Origin: Myxococcota bacterium
GTDB taxonomy: Bacteria; Myxococcota_A; UBA796; CAJQPC01
Direction: 5' to 3'
Length of the DNA stretch: 64,000 bases
Assembly: GCA_036012755.1 (NCBI GenBank)
Contig: DASCPX010000190.1
Coordinates: 89,894 to 153,893 of the forward strand
The translations under genes and the position numbers were made by a program. Under the pieces are notes generated by a model. It searched no databases. It was not told the DNA's origin and saw nothing but the letters and a program-made list of their open reading frames with translations. Below, piece after piece: positions 37,981 to 46,773 of this stretch. Each line of letters begins with the position of its first letter. The stretch's first letter is position 1.

Positions 37981-39119
37981 AAGACACCTCGAGCCCCGAC
38001 GACACCGGAGGCGACACCGGGGGACCCGACGACACGGGCGAAGTCGGCGACTGTCCGATCATGGTCTACCCGGGGGACTCGATCGTAGAGGCCCTCGCCA
38101 ATCGCGGCGGCTGCGAGGAGGTGCTGGTCTTCGACGGCACCTGGGACGAAGCGATCGAGCTGGAGGGGGCCATCGTCTTTCGGGGCTCGGATGCCACGCT
38201 CTCGGGTTCGCTGCTGATCACCGGCGACGCCACCGTCGAGGGCTTCCGGCTCGCCGACGGCGGGGGCCTCTCCGGCGACTACGGCCACCTCGCTGAGGGC
38301 GAGACCTACGGCGGAGGGCTCTTCGTCTACAAGGCCGCTCCGACCATCAGGGACAACGTCATCGAGGGCAACCGCGCCTACCAGGGAGGGGGCGCCTACC
38401 TCTACGAGTTCGACGGGGTCTTCGAGGGCAACCTCCTCCGCGACAACGAGAGCGTCGGAGACACCTCCTGGGGCGGCGGCGGGCTCTACTGCTACCGCTG
38501 CGAGGGCAGCTTCACCGGCAACTCCTTCGAGGACAACAGCCACGCCCCCGACAGCGGCTCGGGGGGAGCCGTGATGATCCGGCGGGGCTCACCGAGCTTC
38601 GATCGGAACCGCTTCTCCTCGAACCGGGCCGAGGGCACCGGCGGTTGCATCCGCAGCGCTGACGCCGAGCCGGTGATCACCAACAACCTCCTGGTGGACT
38701 GCCATCCCGACGCCATCACCGTGTCCTACGAAGACGGCGGGCTCGTGGCACACAACACGATCCTCTCCAGCGCCCGGCAGGGCCTGCGCATCCACTGCCC
38801 GAACTGCTCCTCCGGACCGACCACCGAGATCGTCAACAACCTCATCGTCGGCTCTGTCTACTACGGGGCCAAGGCCACGGGTCCGAACTCCGTCGAGTGG
38901 AGCCACAACGCCCTCTGGGACAACGGCTCCGGTGACTACGACGGCATCGAGGGCAGCAGCGACCTGCTGGTGGATCCGCTGGTCGACGAGGAGGGACGAC
39001 CCGCACCGGAGTCGCCGCTCATCGACGCCGGGCTGGAGCTGGAGGAGGTCACCTCGGACCTGGAGGACAACGCCCGACCGGGCGGAGACGGCTGGGACAT
39101 CGGGGCCTACGAGCTGTAG
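37977..39119 (+). pseudogene. Right-handed parallel beta-helix protein with choice-of-anchor-Q-like tail, 5'-truncated
   Basis: Begins in a DTG linker (LEDTSSPDDTGGDTGG); GGG/N..N repeats; SPLIDAG...DIGAYE tail; no signal peptide. ATG 38061 could give a cytoplasmic form. Confidence 0.65.
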
Positions 39120-39131
39120 GTCCCTGCTCGT

Positions 39132-40529
39132 TCAGCGAGGAGCCGGCTGGGGAATCGGCGCCCCCTCCTTGTCGATGTACCCCAGCGCCTCGAGCTGCTC
39201 TTGCCGTGGATGATCCGTGGGCGCTCCCGGGATGGCTCCGGCGACCTTTCGCACTCTCGACGGTCCCACCGGCAGCGCTTCGACCTCGAAGAGATCATCG
39301 AGCACCCTGCCCTCCATGTCTTCGGCCGCGGGCATACCGAGCAGCGCATAGAGCGTGGGAGCGAGGTCTCCCATGCTCACCTCGGCGCGGGGCTTCGCAT
39401 CCGGACGGACCCGGGAGCCCCAGCCGATGAGAAGGGCTGGCTCCTTGTGGTCTGCGAACACCGGCACGGGTCGCTGCCCCACGCGAAACCCGTGGTCGGA
39501 GCAGACGATCAGCGTGCCTCCGTTGACGCTCAGGGTGGCCATCACCCGCGCGAGCACGCTGTCGAGGTACCGGTAGTAGTCGGGGACCCAGCGCGCGCCC
39601 TCGTCCAGCCGAGCCTGGGTCGTGGGCCCATCGCTGAGGGGGAGCTTGCGCTTGCCCGGGTACATCTCCATCAGCCCGGCGCCGCTCTGCTGGCGCAGAC
39701 CTGGATCCGCGCTCATGGCCGCCACGCCCATCGGATCTGCAAAAGGCCAGTACTGGTGTGAGAGCTGGTCCACGCCCGAGAGGTAGACCATGCTGAGCTC
39801 GGCACCCAGCGCAGGACCGAGCATCTCCAGGCTGCGAACGTGGGTCTCGTCTCGTATGAGCGGATGCAGGAGCGTCCCGTACTCGGAGACCTGGTACGCG
39901 AGCGGGTGGTCGCCCAGCCACGCCTTCCCGGGCATCCAGTCATCCACGTCTTCCAGGCGCGCTTCCGGGTACGCGAGCCAGCCGTCCTTGACGGCAGGGT
40001 CCCGCCGCGGGCGGTTCTTCGGATCCATGTCGAGGCTGCCGCGGAGCACCACATCGTCGCTGAGCATGACCCCGCTGACCTCGGAGACGGGCGTGGTCAT
40101 CAGCCAGCCCGAGACCAGCACCTGCTTGCCCGCCTGGCTCGCCGCATCCCAGACCCGCTCCACGGCCACGTCCGTGGCTCGGTAGGGCTGGCGCGTCTGC
40201 TGCTGGTTCTGGGGCTTGACCCAGTCCAGCACCCCATGCACTTCGGGGGCGTACCCGCTGGCCAGCGTGGTCCAGATCCTGGGGGAGAGGAGCGGCTGAG
40301 ACACGTGCATGTCGGTGACGACCCCTTCGTTCATCACCTGAGCAAAGTTGGGGAGATCACCATCCCGGGCCATGCGCTCGAGGAGCACCCGGTCGAGCCC
40401 GTCCACGCCGAGCACGACCACTGCCCCGGCAGGCATCCCCTCGGCCGGCGGCACCCATGTCTCCTTGCCGCTACACGCGGCCATGGCCAGGCAGAAGAGG
40501 GTCAGGATGCTGGCCGGGAGGATCTTCAG
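39132..40529 (-). CDS. Alkaline phosphatase / nucleotide pyrophosphatase family lipoprotein
   Basis: VVVLGVDG, SPRIWTTLASG..PEVHGV, D...HQYW, SDHGF, DLAPTL, MEGRVL, LEALGY. The start is uncertain: ATG 40484, or CTG 40529 giving LKILPASILTLFCLAMAAC. Confidence 0.82.
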   Translation of the reverse strand: MKILPASILTLFCLAMAACSGKETWVPPAEGMPAGAVVVLGVDGLDRVLLERMARDGDLPNFAQVMNEGVVTDMHVSQPLLSPRIWTTLASGYAPEVHGVLDWVKPQNQQQTRQPYRATDVAVERVWDAASQAGKQVLVSGWLMTTPVSEVSGVMLSDDVVLRGSLDMDPKNRPRRDPAVKDGWLAYPEARLEDVDDWMPGKAWLGDHPLAYQVSEYGTLLHPLIRDETHVRSLEMLGPALGAELSMVYLSGVDQLSHQYWPFADPMGVAAMSADPGLRQQSGAGLMEMYPGKRKLPLSDGPTTQARLDEGARWVPDYYRYLDSVLARVMATLSVNGGTLIVCSDHGFRVGQRPVPVFADHKEPALLIGWGSRVRPDAKPRAEVSMGDLAPTLYALLGMPAAEDMEGRVLDDLFEVEALPVGPSRVRKVAGAIPGAPTDHPRQEQLEALGYIDKEGAPIPQPAPR

Positions 40530-40696
40530 TGTGACCCGGAGAGGGTGACTCGCACTCCACGGCTACCCCATTTGACCCCGCTGGGTCAAGGAACCCCGTT
40601 CCTCGTCCGATTCGTCGAACGTCATCGTCACCGTCACCCGTCACCGTCCCCCCTCACGACGTCATCCCCGAGCACCACGAGGGATACTCCCACCCA

Positions 40697-41881
40697 ATGG
40701 TGGCACTGCACAGAGCGCTGGAGGTACCCGATCCCCAGCGTGTGCGCTGGACCGGCGCCGAGGTCGATCCTGCTCGCACCGGGCTCTCCACAGAGGGCAT
40801 CGAGACCATCTGGCGGGACGTAGAGGCCCTCTACCGGACCGGCCTCCACCCCGCGGTCGCCCTGACGATCCGGCATCGCGGCGAGGTCGTGCTCGATCGT
40901 GCATGCGGGCACGTCGACGCCGCCCAGACCCGGGTCGTCGACGGAGAGACCGAGTTCAACCTCTTCTCTGCCAGCAAGCTCCTCAGTGCCGTGCTGGTGA
41001 TGGCGCTCGTCGAGCGCCGCGAGCTGGGTCTGGACATCCCGCTGAGGACCTACCTGCCCACCCTGGAGCACTCGGGCGCGACCCTGCGAGAAGTCCTCAC
41101 CCACCGGGCCGGCCTCCACCGCATGCCCCGACTCGGACTCACCCTGGAGCAGTGCCTCGACGACGACGTCCAGATCGAAGCGCTCCGGCACGCGCGGCCG
41201 AACCGCCCGGGGTGGACGGCCTACTCACCGATGCTCTCCGGAGTGCTCCTCGGCCAGCTGGTCCGGGCCACACAAGGCTGCGATCTGCGCGAGCTGGCCC
41301 GAGACCTCCTCCCCGACTCGGGGCTCAACTACGGCAGCAGTCGCCCTGACGACGTCGCCGAGCACCTCGTCACCGCGCCTCCGCTGGCACCGATGGCCAG
41401 GATCTTCGAGGACACCGTGGGGTGGCCCCTCGAAGAGGCCGTCGCCTTCTCCAACTCCACCGCCTTCAAGCAGGCGGTCCTTCCCAGCGCCAACGCGATG
41501 TGCACGGGACGCGGGGCCACGCGCTTCCTCCAGATGCTGCTCGATGGCGGAACGATGGGGGGCGTGCGAGTGCTGAAGGAACGCACGATCCGCCACATGG
41601 TCCACGAGCGCACCCCAGCCAGCCCCGACGGGACCTTCGGCATCCCGATGCGCTACGGCCTGGGTCCGATGCTCGGCGGGGATCGCCTGAGCCTCTTCGG
41701 CTTCGGGACCCGCGGCGCCTTCGGACACCTCGGACTGGCGACGCTGGTGGTCTACGCGGACCCTCGCCGCCACCTGGCCGTCGCCTTCATGAACACCGGC
41801 AAGGCCCTGCTCGCGCCGGGCTTCGTGCGCTGGTACAAGGCGCTGCAGCGCATCCCGATGGTGGTCCCGAGGAGCGCGTGA
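40697..41881 (+). CDS. Serine hydrolase, beta-lactamase/EstB-like family
   Basis: FSASK (SxxK), LTHRAG, AYSP, LPSAN, FGHLG, YADPRR. Confidence 0.88.
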   Translation: MVALHRALEVPDPQRVRWTGAEVDPARTGLSTEGIETIWRDVEALYRTGLHPAVALTIRHRGEVVLDRACGHVDAAQTRVVDGETEFNLFSASKLLSAVLVMALVERRELGLDIPLRTYLPTLEHSGATLREVLTHRAGLHRMPRLGLTLEQCLDDDVQIEALRHARPNRPGWTAYSPMLSGVLLGQLVRATQGCDLRELARDLLPDSGLNYGSSRPDDVAEHLVTAPPLAPMARIFEDTVGWPLEEAVAFSNSTAFKQAVLPSANAMCTGRGATRFLQMLLDGGTMGGVRVLKERTIRHMVHERTPASPDGTFGIPMRYGLGPMLGGDRLSLFGFGTRGAFGHLGLATLVVYADPRRHLAVAFMNTGKALLAPGFVRWYKALQRIPMVVPRSA

Positions 41882-42606
41882 GACGGTGGCTGCCACTGCT
41901 GGCCCTGGCGCTGCTCGCCGCGGCTCCGCCAAAGGACTTCGACCCGACCGGGACGTGGATGCTCGAGCTCGACATCGTCACGGACGCGACCGTGCCGGTC
42001 CTCGGGGACAGCGCGGTGCTCTCCCATCGCACGAACATCGCGACCATCAGGCGTCTGGACGGGCGCTGGCTCCAGCACCACACGACCTGCGACGTGACCG
42101 CGATCACCGAGCGGGCCATCGCAGTGCCGATCATCCCCGACTCGTTCGTGAAGACGCTGCCCGACAAGACCTACGTCCTGCAGATCGAAGAGGTCGACGG
42201 CCAGCTGCGCTACGCGGCCGACCTGCAGATCGAGGTCAGCGGCTACGACGGCAGCGAGCCCTTGCCGATCCCCATCGACGCGGCCGACCCGCGGGTCTTC
42301 GACCACGACGAGGACGGCCATCCCGGGGTCACCGTCGGTGTGCGCGCCCCCCTCTTCGGCGAGGTCGATGTCTACATCACCCAGCTGGCCCACACCTGGC
42401 TCAGAGGCGTGGTGGAGACCGCTGATCTCATCGAAGGCAAGGCCGACGTCCAGCTCCTCGAGCAGGAGATCATCGGAGCCGAGAACGTGCTGTTCATACG
42501 CAAGACGAACCTGAGGGTGAACCAGGAGCGCTCGTCGTTCACGATGACGCGCATCGCCGACGGCGCGACCTGCGCGGACCTCGAGGATCAGCTCAGAGGG
42601 GAATGA
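41878..42606 (+). CDS. Exported hypothetical protein
   Basis: GTGA-coupled; MRRWLPLLALALLAA signal; DHDEDGHPGVTV EF-hand-like loop. Confidence 0.7.
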   Translation: MRRWLPLLALALLAAAPPKDFDPTGTWMLELDIVTDATVPVLGDSAVLSHRTNIATIRRLDGRWLQHHTTCDVTAITERAIAVPIIPDSFVKTLPDKTYVLQIEEVDGQLRYAADLQIEVSGYDGSEPLPIPIDAADPRVFDHDEDGHPGVTVGVRAPLFGEVDVYITQLAHTWLRGVVETADLIEGKADVQLLEQEIIGAENVLFIRKTNLRVNQERSSFTMTRIADGATCADLEDQLRGE

Positions 42607-42627
42607 TCCCTGCGCCCTCGCGCGCCC

Positions 42628-43002
42628 TCAGCGCCCGTAGTGGATCGGCTCCTCGGCCCCGTCGGCGAGGTAGGCGCCACAGGCCAGCAGAGCGACGCCG
42701 CGGGCGATGTCCCGAGCCCAACGCGCGCCTTGTCCATCGCCAGTGAAGCGGATGCGCACGTCCGTGAGCTTGTGCACTGCCGCCCAGACATCCGAGTCTG
42801 TGTCACGACCAAAGTCCGTGCTGCATTCGATCGCGACCTCGATCGGCTCGTCGTCGACGCGCAGCGGCAACTTGCCCGAGAGCTCGTCGAGGGTGTGCTC
42901 GGTGTCGATCTCGACCGCCCAACCGCGCGAGGACAGGGCCCTCTTGATCACAGAGGTCGAAGGAAGCCTGTTTTTGCGGACGAAGGCGGCGTAGGTCGAC
43001 AT
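42628..43002 (-). CDS. Hypothetical protein, 124 aa
   Basis: ATG start, protein-like composition, fills the gap between neighbouring genes. Confidence 0.55.
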   Translation of the reverse strand: MSTYAAFVRKNRLPSTSVIKRALSSRGWAVEIDTEHTLDELSGKLPLRVDDEPIEVAIECSTDFGRDTDSDVWAAVHKLTDVRIRFTGDGQGARWARDIARGVALLACGAYLADGAEEPIHYGR

Positions 43003-43022
43003 GGCGCGGTCCTATCCCGCCG

Positions 43023-44148
43023 TCAATCGCCGCTCCACTCCATGGCTCCGATGGCCGGCGGGTCGAGGTAGCACCTCGCCTCCAGGTCCCCGTCGGTCCG
43101 CGCCGCGGTCCCTGCTCCGAGCGCCGGGGACTCGGCGGTGGGCGCGATGCCATCGAGCTCCGGATCGACCCCGATGACCGCCCCGGACTCCTCTGCCGGG
43201 AGCTCGGGCTCGGAGGCGCCCGGATCGTCCTGGGCGTACCAGAGGTTGTTCGCGAAGTCGTGCTCCTCGTCGGAGACGCTCTCCTGCAGGATCCGGAAGA
43301 CCCACTTGCCCGGCTCGATCAGCGTGTTGTTGGCGACCACGCAGTCGACACTGCCCACGTACGCGATGGGGGCCTCTGAGCCGACGAAGTGGTTGGCGTA
43401 GACCTCGAGATCGCGGGCCTCGACGTTGTCTTCCGTGTCCGACAGCGGCGGCCGAAAGTACTCCTTGCCCGTGCCGCCCCCCAGGTTCAACGCCCGATCG
43501 CCGGAGTCCACGAAGGTGTTCTGGCGGATCTCGATGTCAGCGCTGCCACCCTTGGACTGGACGCCGCCGCCGTTGTCCTCGAAGTGGTTGCGGGCGATGA
43601 CGCCGCGGTGGCAGCCGACGTGGTCGATGCCGCTGGAGCTGCAGCGCTCGAAGGTCGAGTCGATGACGGCGTAGTCGCGGAGGCCGGAGAGCTTGAGGCA
43701 GTCCTGGTTGCCGCCGCTGCCGACATCCGAGAAGTGCAGGTCGCGAAAGAGCAGGTGATGACTGGCTTCTTCGTCGTCGTAGTCGCCGCCGTCGTCCGCG
43801 TTGAGCCCGTTGTCCTCTGAGCCGCTGATCTGGAGATCGTGCACGATGACAAAGCGAGCTCTCACGAGATGGAGCCCTTCCCATCCTCCCTCGAACACGG
43901 CGCCCTCGCCACCGAGCCAGATGGGCGCCTCGGCCGTGCCGTGGAGGTCCACGACGTAGGCGTTGTCGTGAGTACCAGCAGAGAGCAGGATGCTGTCCCC
44001 GGGCTCCGCCGTCGCCGCGATGGCCGCGATGTCCTCGCCAGGCTCGACCGTGAGGACGCGGCTCGGGGTCCTGCCGTCCTCGATCGTGGGGATCTCACCG
44101 CAGACAACCGGGGTCCCCGTGTCGACCGTGTCGAGGGGCTCCACGCTG
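43023..44148 (-). pseudogene. Right-handed beta-helix protein, 5'-truncated, probable internal deletion
   Basis: PGDSILL..GTH, GTAEAPI, NQDCLKLSG, GIDHVGCH, QSKGGS, and tail SPALGAG...IGAME. The ORF-track N-terminus (44149-44222) is antisense to another remnant, and there is no signal peptide. Confidence 0.65.
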
Positions 44149-44397
44149 TCGATGCGGCCAACTTCTTCGGGGGTCGGACCCGACCTGTGGATGGGACGGG
44201 CTCCGAGCGTCATCGCCGTCATCGTGAACGGCTCGGTCGAGCTCGCGTGAACCTATGACGTGGGACCTCTCTGGTTCGTCGTCGCCTCGCGAGTGGGCGT
44301 CGGCCCGACCATCGACGTGCCGTGGAGCCGCTTCAACCCCGAGCCGGCGCTGATCATCGTGCCCTTGCAGCTTGGGCTGGGCTACTCCTCGAGGTAG
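44149..44397 (+). pseudogene. C-terminal remnant of a beta-strand-rich (outer-membrane-like) protein
   Basis: GVGPDLWMGRAPSVIAVIVNGSVELA*TYDVGPLWFVVASRVGVGPTIDVPW...IIVPLQLGLGYSSR*: amphipathic strands, in-frame TGA at 44248-44250, no 5' end. Confidence 0.45.
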
Positions 44398-45728
44398 CCC
44401 AGGGCCTTGAGGGCATCGACGACGTCCGAGCTCATCTCGGTCTCCAGGTATGAAGGCGCCGTGCCCTCCCACGCCGTCAGATCCCGCCCCATGGCCTCGA
44501 GCATCCCGTCGTGCGAGGTCGGGGTCTGAGCGTCGTCGAGCAGGTAGAGGCGGTCGACGCGGTTTCCTCGGCTGCGGACGAGGAGGTGCTCCCCGCGCGC
44601 GATGCCGTGCTCCGTGTGGCTGTTGTTCCAGGAGTCGTCCAGCTTCTTCTTCGCAGGCTTGGTGGCCTCCAGGTAGACGGTCGTCAGGGGCACCGGGCCC
44701 CCTCCCAGGGCTGGACCCAGATCCCGTCCGCCCCCCAGCACCGGGTCCTGACCTGCGAGTCCGAGCAGCGTGGGCCCGATGTCGGAGACACGCACCAGGT
44801 CGGTGACCACCCCGGTCTCACCGGTGCTCGGGACCACGACCAGCGGCACGCGAGTCAGGGGAAGGTCGATCTCGGGGCCGTGACCGACCGGGCCCATGGG
44901 GTCCTCGAAGAAGGCCTCGCCGTGATCCGCGGTGACGACGATGCTGGCGTCATCGAGCACCCCGCGGACCTGCAGCCCCTCGAGCAGGCGCCCCATCTGG
45001 GCGTCGGCGAAGGCGACCTCGGCCTGGTACATCTCGCGAAACCAGCGCCGATCCGCGTCGGTCAGGCGGTCGTCCCGGATGCCGTCCGAGATGTTCTTCA
45101 TCGCCCGCTTGGGCTTGCCCCATCGGGTCATGCGCTCGGTCACGAGGCGCTCGACGTAGTCCTCTGGAGGCTCGTAGGGGCTGTGGGCGTCGTAGTAGTG
45201 GACCCAGATGAACAGGGGCTTGTCGACGGCTGCCTGGTCCACCAGCGCCAGCGCCCGGTCGGTGGCCTCGTCCCCCGGCGCCTCGAAGCGCTTGCGCTTG
45301 TCCATGGAGAGCTCGTCGTCGAAGAGCCGGAAGCCACGAGCCATGCCGGTCTCCGAGCCGATGACCGAAGCCGAGACCACCCCGATCGTGTCGTAGCCCG
45401 CCGCCGACAGAAGCTCCGCGACCGTCGCGTGCTCCTCGTCCAGGGAGAAGCCGTTGCGCGGGATGCCGTGCTGGTGCGGATCGAGCCCGGTCATCATCGA
45501 GCCGTGAGCGGACAGGGTGGAGGCCACGTGCGACAGGCACCAATCGAAGCGAACCCCGCGGGCCGAAAGGGCGTCGAAGTGTGGGGAGCTCCCGAACTCC
45601 GCTCCGTAGGCCCCGAGTGCATCCGCACGAGTCGTGTCGAGGGTGATGAAGACGATGGAAGAACCAGGCCGGTCGACATGAACAACGGGCTCGCTCGAGT
45701 CGGAGCACGCCAGTAGAAGGAGACTCAT
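44382..45728 (-). CDS. Sulfatase-like hydrolase lipoprotein
   Basis: MSLLLLAC; LDTTRADALG, STLSAHGSMMTG, HYYDAHSPY, TADHGE, DIGPTLL, LKALGY. Confidence 0.85.
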   Translation of the reverse strand: MSLLLLACSDSSEPVVHVDRPGSSIVFITLDTTRADALGAYGAEFGSSPHFDALSARGVRFDWCLSHVASTLSAHGSMMTGLDPHQHGIPRNGFSLDEEHATVAELLSAAGYDTIGVVSASVIGSETGMARGFRLFDDELSMDKRKRFEAPGDEATDRALALVDQAAVDKPLFIWVHYYDAHSPYEPPEDYVERLVTERMTRWGKPKRAMKNISDGIRDDRLTDADRRWFREMYQAEVAFADAQMGRLLEGLQVRGVLDDASIVVTADHGEAFFEDPMGPVGHGPEIDLPLTRVPLVVVPSTGETGVVTDLVRVSDIGPTLLGLAGQDPVLGGGRDLGPALGGGPVPLTTVYLEATKPAKKKLDDSWNNSHTEHGIARGEHLLVRSRGNRVDRLYLLDDAQTPTSHDGMLEAMGRDLTAWEGTAPSYLETEMSSDVVDALKALGYLEE

Positions 45729-46773
45729 GACCATGCTGATGTCGATGCTCGGCTGCCTCGCGCTCCCCGAGACGGGGGCCGCCACCGATAACACCCAGGA
45801 GCTGCGCGGCGTCTGGGTCACGCGGTGGACCTTCGAGTCCGAAGACGAGGTCGAGCGCATCATGGCGGAGCTCGACGATGCCGGCTTCAACGCCGTGTTC
45901 TTCCAGGTCCGGGGCCAGTTCGACGCCTACTACGAAAGCTCTCACGAGCCATGGGCGCAGCGCCTCTCCGGCACGCTGGGTCAGGACCCGGGCTGGGACC
46001 CGCTGGAGGTCGCCGTGCGCGAAGGCCACGAGCGCGGCCTGCAGGTCCACGCCTGGCTGAACACCTTCAGCATGTGGAAGGGCACCACCCCGGCTGCCTC
46101 CGCGGGCATCCCCCATGCGATGGAGGCCCACCCGGACTGGGTGCTGCCCGGCTCGAAGCTGTCCGACCACTACGTCTTCGCCGACCCCTCGAAGGTCCGC
46201 GAGCACGTCCAGAAGGTCGCCGCGGATCTCGACCGCCGCTACGACGTCGACGGCGTTCACCTCGACTACGTGCGCTACCCCTCCGCGAAGGCCGGGAGCG
46301 GTCCCCGCGAGCTGCACGTCGAGATGACCGTCGCCGCCGTGCGCGACGCCGTCGAGGTCCCGGTCACGGCCGCGGTCTGGGGCATCCACACGGACCGCTG
46401 GGGCTGGAAGGTCAGCGAGGGCCACTCGGACTACGCCCAGGACAGCCACGGCATGCTGCAGGAGGGGCTCCTGGACGCCACCTTGCCGATGATCTACTGG
46501 CCCCGCACGGATCCCCCCGGCCAGCGCCTCGACTTCCACACCCTCCTCGAGGACCACGTCGACAACAGCCACGGACGTCACGTCTACGCCGGCATCTCCG
46601 CAGAGAAGCTCAGCTACGACGAGGTCGTCGCCTGCATCGAGAGCGCGAGGGAGCAGGGCGCCCAGGGCACGGTGCTCTTCGAGTACGTCCACGCCTCGCC
46701 GTACTTCTCCAAGCTGCGCGCGGGGGTCTTCGCAGAGGACGCCGTCGCTCCCGCCATGACCTGGCGTCAGTAG
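45727..46773 (+). CDS. GHL10 / YddW-like glycoside hydrolase lipoprotein
   Basis: ELRGVWV, FNAVFFQVR, WDPL...H.RGLQVHAWLN, YDVDGVHLDYVRYP, YAQD, PMIYW. Confidence 0.88.
   Translation: MTMLMSMLGCLALPETGAATDNTQELRGVWVTRWTFESEDEVERIMAELDDAGFNAVFFQVRGQFDAYYESSHEPWAQRLSGTLGQDPGWDPLEVAVREGHERGLQVHAWLNTFSMWKGTTPAASAGIPHAMEAHPDWVLPGSKLSDHYVFADPSKVREHVQKVAADLDRRYDVDGVHLDYVRYPSAKAGSGPRELHVEMTVAAVRDAVEVPVTAAVWGIHTDRWGWKVSEGHSDYAQDSHGMLQEGLLDATLPMIYWPRTDPPGQRLDFHTLLEDHVDNSHGRHVYAGISAEKLSYDEVVACIESAREQGAQGTVLFEYVHASPYFSKLRAGVFAEDAVAPAMTWRQ

Noticed and set aside
40570..40690. GTCACC/CGTCA short repeats as a regulator binding array
   Set aside because: The spacing is irregular, and the minus strand reads like a decayed coding fragment (VVRGDGD / VTVTMTFDE).
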